Origin: Octopus bimaculoides
Lineage: Eukaryota
NCBI RefSeq assembly: GCF_001194135.2
Contig: NC_068981.1
Location: 94,235,238 to 94,299,237 of the forward strand
Direction: 5' to 3'
DNA length: 64,000 nucleotides
Positions within the stretch are counted from its first letter, which is position 1. Each line of letters opens with the position of its first letter. Shown here in pieces: positions 1 to 13,241 of this stretch. A program made the translations under genes and the position numbers. The notes beneath the pieces are model-generated. The model searched no databases and had not been told where the DNA came from. It saw only the letters and a list, made by a program, of their open reading frames with translations.

Positions 1-331
1 CCCTGCTTCTCACATGGACAACTGTATGTTGGCTGCTCAAGAGTGGGCAGCAACAAAAAAACTATTTGTATATGCTCCACAAGGGAAAACAAGGAACATA
101 GTTTACAATGAGGTGTTATAATCACAACAGCAAGAAAGTATGTACATGATCACCTTCTTTTACGAAACTTCATTGACTTTCATATATTTATATTGATGTA
201 CATATATATACGTGTGTCTGGGTGCGTGTGTGTATATACATCTCTATATATAAAGATGATGCGTAGTCTAGACGGCGTTTTTAGATTTCATTATTCTCTT
301 TAACCCGGGCAACGCTGGGTATTTCTGCTAG
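1..331 (+). mobile_element. Helitron 3' end (frameshifted PIF1-type helicase C-terminus, hairpin, CTAG terminus)
   Basis: PCFSHGQLYVGCSRV then (+1 shift in an A7 run) LFVYAPQGKTRNIVYNEVL*; hairpin cccgg-gcaacg-ctggg at 304-319; CTAG at 328-331 followed by T. Confidence 0.9.
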
Positions 332-1171
332 TCAATAATAATGCTTTGGTGATAAGCATTTTAAATGAATGAAGGACATTTTTGATTTAGTGTTCAATCA
401 CTGTCATTAACTGCAAATCAAAGTACTTTTATTATTAACAATTACAGAAGTTATTGTTCCCAAATATCAATCATATTTTCCATGTTCACTTAACATCATA
501 CTCATGTTTCATTGCCTTCGCTGAAATTCTTTATGTTAGCTGTTGAAAGTTCTTCAGATGTACTATCCACCCTAGTTATTCTTCACATGAGACCAAAAGG
601 AGTCAACTCAATATTTTGTGTGTGTATGTGATGGTTAGTAGAATTGAAGAAATTTCATTAGCAGTTCACAACGTAGCTATCAACTGCATGTTGTAATAAT
701 TCTATTCCTTCATTTGAATGCCAGTTGTCAAAGCTTATTGTTTTTTAAGCAATTTATTTCCAGTAATAATTCCTCAGCTATATTTTCCATTAGATGGTGG
801 CCTTCTCTCCATTACCTACTTCCCATGGCACTACATTGATTTATCTATTTCCTCTATCAGACATTCATCAGCATCTGGATTAATACCCTTGATAACAATC
901 ACATTGCTCTGAGCCCATTGACAAAACACATCCCTCATGAATTTGCATCAATCTGTAATTAATCTGTCCAATTTTTGTTTAATTTGCATACTGACAGCAA
1001 TGCCTCCTGGTGCCAAGCTCTATCAACTCAAGTTGGTAGCCTTTCCTTTCAATAAACATTGGTGGAATAGAGAAGGTAGACTTTCATGGGTGACACTTTA
1101 GCGTGTGGTATACCTGGCCATTTACACTTTAGTTTCCCCTCTTTGTTAGCCCCCTGTGCGTAATAAATAAT

Positions 1172-1323
1172 CAACTTTAGTGTGCAATCTAACCCAAAAC
1201 TTGAACCCTAACCCTTACACTAATTCTAAACCTCATTTTAAACCCTAACCCTATTCCTAACCCAGATCAGGTCATTTCACAGTATAGACTATAGATATTG
1301 TGATAAACTGCATGCTAAAGTTG
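1172..1323. repeat. Small element: degenerate (CCCTAA)n tract inside a 15-bp inverted repeat
   Basis: caactttagtgtgca (1172-1186) vs tgcatgctaaagttg (1309-1323); aaccctaaccc-like units at 1191-1263. Confidence 0.5.
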
Positions 1324-1769
1324 CACTTTTTCATGTATGGTCAACTACTAGTTTTTAAAAAGTCTTTACCAGACCTGCATATGCACAGTCAACATTGACT
1401 GACAAAAGCTCCTATAGTTAATTAGCTAGCTATTTACAAAATTTTGCTTATAATATTATGTTGCAGATTAACAAATCCATCCAAAAGTGAGATAGGTATT
1501 ATTGTAAGATTATCTTTAGAATTAAACAACTAATTTATCATTATGGTACAACATCACTTCTGTTATTAATTGGTTGAATGATATTAGCAATACACAATTA
1601 TATGAGTTACCCTATTTGATATTAATTTTTATCCAGCAGTACCCAGATATTTGCTTCAAAGAGATAACTTTTTGCCCTCAATTACATTTCAACAAGAGAT
1701 TTTGGCATCATTAATTGCATAATCATCGCTTCGCTTCACTTTATGTCCTCGCTTGATGAGACTGAGGTC

Positions 1770-2090
1770 ATCTCAGGTTAGTGGTCCAAGAGATGTCATC
1801 ATGCATTGAGCCGACTCGGTCCACCAGTGCTCTCCATTGCTGGCAGTCCTGTGCCAGCACCTCTGCATCGTCCATGGTGACGTTGAGCATCTGGAGATCT
1901 TCCTCAATCATGTCCAGCCATCAGGTGCAGGGCCTGCTACATGGCCTCTTCCAGCCCACAACTGCTACATTGAATGAGAGTAAAGCCCTGGTAGGATGAT
2001 CTAGCTTGAGACAGAGGACATGTCCATACCAGTGCATGTTACAAAGTGGAAGGCTTTGGGCTGATGCATGTGTGCATGCAGTTCTTTGTT
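1770..2090 (-). mobile_element. RTE-clade LINE 3' fragment
   Basis: Minus-strand translation WYGHVLCL...WLDMIEEDLQML...AQDCQQWRALV, typical of the RTE RT C-terminal region. Confidence 0.7.
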
Positions 2091-2289
2091 CTCTGGTGAT
2101 GTATAATCATACATATGAAAGAAAAAATAAACTTTACTTGTTTTTGATAATGTACTATAGGTGAAAAAAAATTGTTAATTCTTTTGATGTAGTGATAGGT
2201 AACCTGAGTCCCGAAATTGCCAGTTTATCAGACCATTATATTTTACATTGGTTAAACAATAAGGCCTGTAATTTAAAAAAATAATCTGC

Positions 2290-2960
2290 CTGGCTTGATG
2301 AGTCTTCTCAAGCATGACATTTTGCCAAAGGTCTCATTCATTTGTCATTGCCTCTGGGAGGCCCAATACTCGAAAGGTGCTTTTTATGTACCACCGGCAT
2401 TGACCATTTTGCCTCCATGAGGCCCAACGCTCAAAAGGTGCTTTTTACATGCTACTAGCATGGGTGCCAGTTACATCAGCATCAGCCACTATTACGATTT
2501 CACTTGAATGACATCACCTCTGTGAGGCTCAACATTCAAAGATCATGCTTCACCACTATGTCCCATGTCTTTCTGGGTTTACTTCTATCACAGGTTCCCT
2601 CCTCAGTTAGAGATCAACACTTCTTTACACAGCTGTCCTCAACCATACACATCACATGACCATACCAGCGAGGTTGTCTCTCTTGCACACTACATTTAAT
2701 GTCTCTTATGCCCAACTTTTCTCTCAAGACGCTTACATTCTGTCATACTTGCGCACTGACATTGCACATCCAGCAAAGCATGTTAGCTTCATTTCTTTCA
2801 AGCCTATGCATGTCCACAGCAGTCACAGCCCATGTTTCACTGCCATGTAGCATGGCAGTTCACACACAGGCATCATACAGTCTGCCTTTCATTCTGAGGG
2901 AGAGGCCCTTAGTTACCAACAGAAGTAGGAGCTCTCTGAACTTTGCTCAGTCTATTCTTT
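2290..2960 (-). mobile_element. RTE-clade LINE 3' fragment
   Basis: Minus-strand AKFRELL...KGRLYDACV...HGSETW...WYGHVM with stops; shared 3' tail repeats. Confidence 0.8.
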
Positions 2961-3917
2961 TTGTGCTACTAACTTGGTCACCTACATAACAGAAGCTATC
3001 AACTACTTCTAGGCATCCCCACTAGCAGTTGATGGAGTCTATTTTCTGTACACATACATACAATCATTAAATCAAACCCTAACACTTTAACTTTGCCAAA
3101 GAAATGGCCCAGTACACTACAAAAGGAGGGATCCCTGACCAGATATTAGTGAAACTTCTAAATATTCAGATATTTTTTATTCTTATGGCAAAAACTTTAA
3201 GGAGGAATGAAAAAAAAGAAGGAAAAGGGATTGAGTCAGTGGATAAGGAGACAAGTATCCCATAATTTAGCATCCGGAGGAAAAATTTCCAAAATGTAAA
3301 ATAAAGTTTCTGACTTATTCATGCAGGTGGAGATGTACAGAAATGTACATAGATACCATGAAGACATGCACATTTCTAAATGCCTGTCTTTCTTTAAAGG
3401 CATTCATTCCACTCATGAAACAATAACTATCACATTTACTATAATTTTAGGTTGACCCAAGTGTCCTGGGTATGACTTTAAACTGCATCCAGTAGTGGGT
3501 CCCTAGTTTGGAAGATTCTAGGTTTTGAGGAGTGTGGAACCACTTCTTTGCCACTACTGATCCCAGGTCTACTCTGAATCAGACCATTACCACCTTTCAG
3601 AGACCCAGCTATATGTTAGCATGTTCTTGAAACTGCAAGCACAAACCCTCACTGCCTTGTGAGTACCTTGGAAAAGACTAGGGGAGGCAACCTCAACAAC
3701 AAAACAAGGGTTGATGCTCTCTTTGGCACTCTTCCAGTAACTCTTAGGGAGGTGGAGCTCTCCAGCCCTATAAAGTAATTCACTTAGAGAAGGCCACTCC
3801 AATTTAAAACCAACAACTTGGTGGTCATCACAGCCATCTTAGCCAACTGAACTACTGTAGTCAGACCTCTAAATCAAAAATGCAGGATCAGATTGTGTTG
3901 ACTGACTCTCACTTTAA

Positions 3918-4137
3918 TCCTTTCACATTCAGATTACTCTATCAAATGTAATCCTTATTTATTCACATTGTTTTGAATTAATCACACATTATCTTGCAGC
4001 TTTGAAATTTCGATGAGGTGATTGTATATTTCTACAATGACATAGTAGGATAAGTGAGAGAGGTTGGATCTGGTCAGTTTCAGCATAAAACAGGTAGAAT
4101 AATTCGGCCGGATATGGCTGGTTTAAATGCTAAAGGG
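3918..4137. mobile_element. piggyBac-type MITE (related copies near 15070-15270, 20537-20739, 59438-59646)
   Basis: TTAA at 3914-3917 and 4138-4141; ends tcctttc... / ...taaaggg. Confidence 0.75.
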
Positions 4138-4691
4138 TTAAAATTAAGCACAGGTGGAAGAAAAGCTCTGCAGTGTGAAGGATCAGTTTACATAGCAACT
4201 TGTAGAGTATGTCTTAGGAAAATGTGCTGATTGTACCAGTAAGTCAAAGGTCAAACTTAGTCACACACAGTGTAACACTGATTTTACTTTGAAGATTATA
4301 TTAAGAGCACACAGGCCCGTGGACTGTTGATCCATTTACTGATAATTCAGTGAGCAGAGAGTTCAAATGAATAATTGACAATTAAAACAAACAGAGACTC
4401 ACTTACTTTATGTAGTGTAATATTTTGTTTGGTTTCAAAGCCAAGTATTTATGCTCTTTAGATTATCACTTACCTTTATCTTTTACTAGTTTTGGTCATT
4501 CAACAGCAGCCATACAGAATTTTTAGCTGAATGAATTGATTTCAGTATTTATTTATCTATTTTTTTAAGCCTGGTACTTATTCTATTAGTCTCTTTTACT
4601 GAACTTCTAAGTTATGGAGACATAGACACAACACAGGTTGTCTAGTAGTGGTGGGAGACATCCTCAGACACAAACACACACACATATATAT

Positions 4692-4954
4692 ATTCAAACT
4701 TAGACTCAGATGCCTTTACTGGGGATCAATTCAACAGGATAAAGAATGGCTATAAGAGGGATCAAGTTGAGCAGATATAGAAGCAATTATGCAGCTAAAC
4801 AAATCAGATATATATTAAATATGTTATATTCAATGTATCTGATTTGTTTATCTGCATAATTGCCTCTATATCTGCTCAACTCGATCCCTCTTATAGCCAT
4901 TCTTTATCCCATGGAATTGATCTCCTGTAAAGACATTGTAGTCTAAGTTTGAAT
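4692..4954. repeat. Foldback (long inverted repeat) element
   Basis: Arms of about 120 bp are near-perfect reverse complements (attcaaacttagact ... agtctaagtttgaat) around a short AT loop. Confidence 0.85.
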
Positions 4955-5239
4955 CATTTGAGCACTACTGTCTTCTATACAGAGAATCTCTAGATCTCAT
5001 CTAATGGCATGACAGACTGTTGAAGCATGTTCAAGTAAACAGGACCAGTCACAGTAGCTTCAAAAAAGAATGGTCCAATTAATCCTCTTGATGTAATGCC
5101 ACATCACACTAACTCATGATAAATTAACTTCATGTTCCACCATAACATGCAGATTTTCATGCCCCCAGTATGAACAACTGTGTAGCCTCATCACTCTACA
5201 CAGCTTTAATTGGAAAGCATGGATCTTCTAAGCGTTTTC

Positions 5240-5520
5240 CCAAGTGTCACTTGCACTATTCTTTTCATCTACCAGGATCATCTTCACTGATAGCATGAAC
5301 TAATGTTGGGATATAACTTTTACAGGGGTAGTGCTTCAAAATGTGATGGACAGATGTTTTTGAAATTCCTGTCATAACTTGCTTGCCACACAGATCTTCT
5401 CGGACTTCTGTGAAAACTTTACAATCCCCTTTCATGCTCTCTGGTGCTAGTTGATGTCCATGGTCTTCCTGAATGCTTCCTGTGTTAATCCTGTACAATT
5501 TCATCAGATTCAAATTTATT
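5240..5520 (-). mobile_element. Tc1/mariner-superfamily transposase fragment
   Basis: [29 protein letters not shown] resembles the HTH-linker region of Tc1/mariner transposases; degenerate. Confidence 0.55.
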
Positions 5521-8500
5521 CTTGATTTGATAGATGATTATCTGCGTAGGTGGATCTGATTGAAACCCTCTTCTGTACTGTGTTTAGGTTTCAAATGTGC
5601 TTTCATACTTCCAGTAGCATTTCAAGATGATGTTATTATTAATTCTGATGGGTGAAATCTGAAAAGAAACAAAGAAGATTTGGGTTATCTGCTGTAGAAG
5701 TGTGTTTAAATTTTTTTTGGACAATGTGTGTATAAACTTGTCACCTCTTACAAATCAAATTTGCTGAATATAAATTCCATTTTTATTGCTGACTTTGTAC
5801 TTGTATGTTAATATACTACCGTTTGCTCTTATCTAATTGACCTTTCCTATTTTATGACTAAGTGGGTGTTCTGCTTTAATTGAATTCAAGAATCTTATAA
5901 TCACAAGCCTTCCAATAGTGGCCATTGCATCTTTTATTCAGACATAGTATTCTTTGGATTGCATTATTCAGTGAGTCTTATTATTATTAAGAAAGTGGAG
6001 TTTAATCTCAGGGTGAGTTTGCTGATATTTCTAACTGGTTAATTAATGACCTAGTTGTTATTATTTGGGATTGATCAGTAAAACCTTATCTTTTCCTCTG
6101 TATATGTGGATGTGTGTAATTGTGGTATGTTACTCACTATGTATGTTTTCTTTATAAAAACATTTGTAATTTTTTTCTTATCTGATCAACATGTCCCATA
6201 TTATGACTTCCTTATTCCTTCACTAAATAAATTGTATAGTTGCAACTCTAAAATGTCGCTTTTGAGATACACACATTTTAAAGTTTGGTGTGGAAGTAAT
6301 TTTTTTTTCTGTTTAATCTTCTCACAATGCAAAACTGTTCAAATATATTTGTACATTAGTTAGAGGTTCAATCATTATAATCATCTATTTTCCATGCTGG
6401 CATGGGTTGGATGCCAATGTCTCAGAGGACTGCACCAAGCTCCTATGTTTGCTTTGCCATGGTTTCTATGGCTGGGTGCTCTTTCTAATACTAACCATAT
6501 CACAGAGGAAAACGGGTGCTTTTTGCATGGCATCAGCATAGGAGAGGTCACCTAGTAACTTGCGAGACAAGACCTCTCATATGATATTAATGAATTATAA
6601 ATGGAGAATATTAAAATTTGGGTATGTTTAAGTAGGCTTAATTAGATAAAGTATGAATATATATTTAGTTTAATATAAAAAAGGCAACGATTTCAATATA
6701 TATAAAAAGTATGTCCCTGGTTTCTATGGCTTGCACATCTACCATCAACTGTTCCTAGAAATTATGATAGCTGTTTGATATTGCAAGTTTTTGGTTAAGG
6801 ATCATGAACTTTTTCTACATAACCTTCGAAATACCAACCAATCATTGTGTAGTTGTTTTGAAACTATTAATCTTTTCCATATTTTGATGCCTTGTTTTCT
6901 CTGGTTCTATCTAAAACAGACTCATTTGCCAAGTTACTTTCTGTTGTGTATTTTACAACTTTTAACTTTGAGAGATTGATTTGTCTCTTGGTCTCTTCTT
7001 TATAGTGTCTTGAGGTGTGATATCAAAAATTAGGATTTGATCCATTTCAACTACTTCGTATTTTTTTTCCTTTTTGGAGCACTACAAATGATGGTGTACA
7101 CACTTTTGGAATGAAAAATTCAACATTTTATATTGTCATTCTCATTCTGACTGTGGCTTGATTAAAAGAAAAAAAGAAAAGAGAACATGATTGGTCTCAC
7201 TTGGCTTCAAACATTAGAGAGCAAGTCATGTTGTTTTTAATTTTGATGTTACAAATTTCTAACTTCTCCATCACTTCTAAATCTTTGTGCTATTGCGACT
7301 GATAAAGTATATATGTTACATCTATTATAATTCTAAAATATCTAAATATAATTGTTGACCTTTTAATTCAAGCAGATAACCTTTTAGATAGTGAGTGTGT
7401 ATCAACTATATGGTTAAGAAGTGCTTTGCAATGATGTAATTCTGGGATAAATGGAGTAACTTTATATCAAAGAGTGGAATGTACAATTTCTCGTAATTCT
7501 GATTGCTTCATTGTCTCAGTAGACAAAATGAAAAGGGCGTTGCCCCAGAGGATGGCAAGGGAGAGAAATTATTTAGAAGCAAGTGGATTTTTTTTTGGTT
7601 TTTTTTGGAAAGTTGTCCCTTGAAGCCCCAACCCTAACTGAGAAAGGAAAAGTTTTTGTTTTCGTCTAATTGAGATTCTGACTAAAAGAAGAAAAAAAAA
7701 ATTGTGAAAATTTCCGGTTTTTTTTTGTATATTTTGCCTTCCACTTTTTATTCTCCGTGAGGAATGGGAGTTCGAAGGATAGCTATTTCCAAACTCCGCT
7801 GATAATTATTGTGTGGTATCTTGGACAAGTGTCCTCTATCATTGCTTTGGGTTAACCCAAGCTTTGAGGATGAAATGGAGATGGCCAGAATTGAGTGAAA
7901 GCCTGTCAGATGAACTGTATTAATTTTTGGATGGCTGACTTTACCCATTGTTCAGTTTAACTCCTCAACCAAGCCCTTGAGTGCTTTTAACTGAATTCAT
8001 TGTGTTGTAAGCATTCGGACCAAGTCTCTGGAATGAGGAGAACATATAAGATACAGTCCTTTCCTTTCTTTCCTCCTACAACTCTTGGAGTTTCTAGCAA
8101 AATGGTCATGGGTGCTACAACTTACTCCTTTGACTAAGTCATTAATAATATACTTTTTGTATACAAAGCACCTAACTTAAATTTACATATTTTAGTTCAC
8201 TCAACTGTTGGAATAGATACAAGATCTTTTAAAATGGTTTCCCTTCTCAGGGGCACACATATCTCTCATCCACTCAACATCATAAGACTGGGCTAAGGCT
8301 TCAGGACAGTTTCCAGACTCCTGGAAACATATTTTAAAGCTCTTATATGCTTAACTCTACTGGATCCAGAGAACATGTAGAGCATTAGCCATAATGCCTT
8401 GTGCTATTTAGTTAATGTGTTCAAATCTCACTTGCATCAGCTTTACTGTTCATCCTTCTGAGGTCTATAAAATAAATACCATTCTGTCTATGAGTGCTGG

Positions 8501-9693
8501 GTGAATGCAAATGATTATAAGTTTTGGAGGTGATGATCCAACAAGACCACAACTCAGTGATTGAAAGCTATAGAACTGGTTTCAAGTGAATTTATTTTTC
8601 TTTGGTGCAGAAGCTCATTTAAAACTTGAGTTATTGCTATTGACAGACTGAGTTGGGTCTGTTTGAACAGGGCACTTTGATTCTATAATACTATTTCTGT
8701 TATACATTTATGTTCTGTGAGTGAGTTTCAGCAATTTTGAAGTACATTTGCCTACTTGTTCTAGTTTGCCTGATATAAAAAAACCCCCCACAAAAACAAA
8801 AAAGCAAAAGACACAGGTAGGAGATTGTCTATCTATAAAAATAGTTCTCTTGCCAAAAGGCATCCTACCATTATAAGTAAACAAAAATGCATGTTGATGG
8901 GGTGGGGTAGGGGAGGTTACTTCTACATAATTACATTATTTGGGAGGTCTCAAGGAAACATCACTGGTTTAGGTAAAAGAATGGTTTTTATTAGCTACAT
9001 TTTGAGTAGCTGGTATCAATGTCTTGAATGAAAGGCATATAAAATAAAAAGAATGGGACATTCAATATTTTTGTGAAATCACTTAAAGTAGTACATATTT
9101 TCTAATAATGCATGACACAACTAAATCTTTTATAAACTTTCTGGTAAATACATGTTAGTAGAATAGCCAAAGCTGCTTCTCAAACAGTATGACTCCTTGT
9201 TAAGGTCAGAAAATTTTGCTTAGAACATTTTATGACTCTCTACAAAGATGCAAATGTTACTCAGATTAGGGTAATGCTCAAATATAAAGATCAGGGTAAC
9301 TACTCACTCAAACATGTTATATTGCTGCAAAAAACAGTTATCGTGCTGCAGCTAATGGTGTGTTGTGTCCTCTTTTGGTCTCTGCTATAGATACTACATG
9401 TTTTTGTTGTCCTCTTGAGCTAACAAGCTATTTAACATCTTTGGCTGAATCTATTTGATGCACCTGCTTAGCCTCAGTTTAATATCTTTACAATATCTTG
9501 CTGGCCAAATCCCATTCTAAACCCTTTTCTCAGTTCTTTCTTCCTATAACTTCAGGAACATAGTTTTAGGATGAAAGAAAATGCCTCTACATTCCTTCCA
9601 GACACCAACTTAGAGAAAATCAACTGCATCATTCTCACATAATCTGGAAAGGTTTTTAAAATTTATGTGCTCTGCTATTATTCCTTGGATTAA

Positions 9694-9914
9694 CCCGTTC
9701 GTTACCAAACCGGCTGAAACTGGCTCTGGCTCTATAGTACAAATGTCTTGTTTTCATAAGTTTTGAATTAAAATCTTCCACCAAACCTTAGTCACAATTT
9801 ATGTTCCTAACACTAGCTGAATGATAACTAAGTTATTTTACTAAATTCTTTGTTATATTTAAAGAAATTGAAAGAAACACAGAGCATCTCAAAAGAAATA
9901 TAGTAACGAAAGGG
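9694..9914. mobile_element. piggyBac-type MITE (partial related copy near 59943-60110)
   Basis: TTAA|cccgttcgttac ... gtaacgaaaggg|TTAA; about 150 bp upstream of the ECI2 exon at 10063. Confidence 0.85.
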
Positions 9915-10062
9915 TTAAGTAATAAAAACATTATCATAAAATGATTTATTAATCTTTTAAAACACTTTACACATATTTTGCCTATTTTTTCTATAATATA
10001 TCTATTTCATGTATTTCTATGCCTTTATTAATAAAATCTATTTTCCTTTTAATTATTTTAAG

Positions 10063-10213
10063 GTCCCATATACAGCACCGAAAATTTCATACCAATTTAC
10101 TTGCAATGGCTTCTCATGATGCACAATTCAAATCTGCTAAAGAGAAATTAGGAACATTAAAAGAAGACCCTGGTAACATGGCTAAATTACAGTTATATGC
10201 TTTGTTTAAGCAG
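10063..10213 (+). CDS. ECI2: ECI2 exon (presequence remnant + ACBP start, ...[18 protein letters not shown]...LYALFKQ)
   Basis: Acceptor ttttaag at 10062, in-frame ATG at 10106 (gcaATGG), donor CAG|GCAAGT; 5' boundary uncertain (open frame back to ATG 10019). Confidence 0.85.
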
Positions 10214-13202
10214 GCAAGTAATATTTCAGTAATAATAGTAAATTTCAGACATAAACATTTTATCAGTATAGTTTATTGACGAAGGTATTACATTCTGGAT
10301 ATAGAAGGTACTGAAATAAGGCTCATTCTTACCTTTTATCTAATAGGCATTTCTGTTTTATTGATTTGTTAAGATAGTCAATATTTATTTCTCTCTTGCA
10401 GTATCTTCATATTCTAACAGAGGAGGTTAAACTGCTGAACAAATTATGGCAATCTATGGATATTATTGCTAGGAATGTGTCTAGTCAAAAAGATAACACT
10501 CTATAATATGACTTCAGTGAGTTAAGTATTCTGTCTGATTAAAAAACTGAAGTTAGTCATATCCATTAATTGAATAAGTTGACTAAGAAATTTTAAGTTC
10601 CTTGTTTTCTTTTGATTAGGAGCACTTCAAAAGTACTCTTTAATTGAAGGACATAATATTGAGTAGTTCAAACTAGCATTGCTGAAGTCGTCATTCTTTT
10701 CTATCTGAAGGTGTCATCATGTTTTGGAATGATCCCAAAATGACTGTTATGTTGTATTTGTCTATGTTTGGGTAGAACATTTGGGAATTTGTACAGTTGT
10801 TGTTGATCTATCTTTAATTTTCATGTCATTTTACAGGCTTCAATAGGAGACTGTAATGCAAAGAAACCTAGTATGGTCGATTTTGTTGGGAAAGCCAAGT
10901 ATGATGCATGGAATAAGTTGAAAGGCATGTCACACGTATGTATTTATAAAGCAACAAAATATTAAATTCAATGCATGTTGTTACAGTTACAGCCACAATT
11001 TATTATTTTGAATCAGTTGTGTTTTCTCTTTTAATTGCAGGATTGATGAAGAAGACAAAGATCTTTAAAATCTTCAGTAAACTGATTTTCATTAAGGATG
11101 CTGATTTTGTTAAAGTGATTTTGTTAAATGTTTTATTTACTTTTTATTTGTAGAGTAAATAGAACTTAGGGCAAAATACCTTTTGGTGTTTGTTCTAGCT
11201 CTCTGTACTTTGAACTCGAATCCTGCCAAGATCAACTTTGTCTTTCATACTTTTGAGATCAATGGAATTGAGTACCAGTTAAACGTAGTTGATTGATGTA
11301 ATTGTTACATCATCAAGCAAGATGTTTTGTATTAATTCTAGTTCTCAGCATTCTGTGTTCTTAAGCAATAGGCTTACCTGGTTTAACTACCTGGCCCTTT
11401 AGTGCTTTTAACAGAGTTCCCTCTGTTGCAAACATTAGGTTCAATACTACTGCGTGACATTTTTGGTCAATCCAACTGCTGAGAGTGAAATTGGAAGAGA
11501 TGGAAACTATATAGAAAATCATCAGATGGGCTCTATCTGTAATTAAAAGGGCCAGCTTTGTCACACACTGTGTTATGCTGATTCTGCCTGAAGATTATGT
11601 TTGTGAAATACTCTGCCACTCATGCATCCATACAATGTGGAGGTAGTTCAGTTGATCAAGCAACTAGGAAATAGATACTCTCCTTGTTGTTGAAACTAAT
11701 GAAGGAGTCATTTATATATGTGTGTGTTTGTGTTATGCGGCCACAGTTCATTTACTATGATATACAAGAGCTGAAAAGAAACAGTTTTATAGAATTTTGA
11801 TAAATCTTCAATGTTATTGTGCTGAATGATACAAACTTTTCCATTGTTAAATTCTTCATTTTCTTCTGTTTTAGGATGAAGCTCAGCTTAATTACATTAA
11901 AACTGTAAATGAATTAGTTGCAGCTGAAGCTCCAGCTAAAACAGAACATTCTGGTTCCACTGGCAATTACAAATTTCTCATCGTTGAATGTAAAGATTCT
12001 ATTTTCAAAATAACTTTTAACCGACCAAATAAAAGGAATGCAATTACAATAGATGTGAGTACATTCCAAATTTGATTTATATCTCGTTTTGATAGTTATA
12101 TACATAATGATTTCTTGTATCTGCTTCCAAAGATGAGATTGTATAATGTTTATGCCTCTTTCAAGTGCTCTGCAATAAAAGTGAAATGGTTGCAGCTGGG
12201 AATGGAAACAGGTTGTAAACTCAGCTCACTAGGTGTTAAGTTTCTCTTCTACATCAGCTTCATGTTTGAAGAACTATAATTGATGGACTCTAGCCAAGTT
12301 GATGTCAGTAGATTAGCCAAAGAATTAGCAATTTGTATTCTGTCATAGGTAATGCATTCTCTTCTTGGTAGTGACATTTAATTCTTAATGATCCAACCCA
12401 TTTAACTGCAAATGCTCACCATGCTTATGTTGCTTAGCAACACTGGCCATTTCACATTTTCATGCAGATGTAGTTGTATTTAAGACTACATTATTTATGT
12501 GTTATTTCCCTTTATAAGATAGTAGAGTGTTACTTGGTGAAGATTTGCTTGCTATTTCTAGCAAGGCAAATGATCATGTAGAGATTCTCTTGTTGGCTTA
12601 ACATTCCTTAAGTACTCAATGCTATATGTAGTTTTGAATATTAATAAAAGAAACGAAAATTTATTACTACTTTTACATATTATTCCTTTGTTAATATTTA
12701 TTTTAAATATTGGGTATATTAGAAGAATTGGTATTTAAATTTAAGTAAAATTAGTTTATAAAAAATACTAATTAATGTGTATTATGTTAGCATGCAGTTA
12801 AAAGTTCATACCCTTTTATTTTATGTCTTGAATAGTTCTTCACTGTCCATGTTCTCCTAGTCTCTCCATGGCTGTGTTTTAGCTTTCATGACTACTTCTA
12901 CAATGCTGTTCTGACACCATTATTATCTTAAGTTTTAAGTCTGTGAGCTGGCAGAATTGTAGCATGCCAGGCAAAATGCTTAGCAGTATTTCATCCGTCT
13001 TTACATTCTGAATTCAAATTTTTCCGAGGTAGACTTAGCCTTCCATCTTTTCGGGATCAATAAAATAAGTACCAGCTGAGTACTGGGGTCGATGTAATTC
13101 ACTTACCTGCTCTTCCAAATTTCAGGCCTTGTGCCTTTAGTAGAAAGGATTATTATCTTATGTTTTGTTAAAATCTTGCTCCAGCCACAGATATATATGT
13201 AT

Positions 13203-13241
<39 letters not shown>

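Noticed and set aside
4921-4954. ctgtaaagac-attgta-gtctaag as a decayed hammerhead at the foldback end
   Set aside because: Too many core mismatches to support
7528-7620. ATG-initiated basic peptide (MKRALPQRMARERNYLE) as ECI2 exon 1
   Set aside because: Contains acidic residues and I found no convincing phase-2 donor; exon 1 is left unassigned
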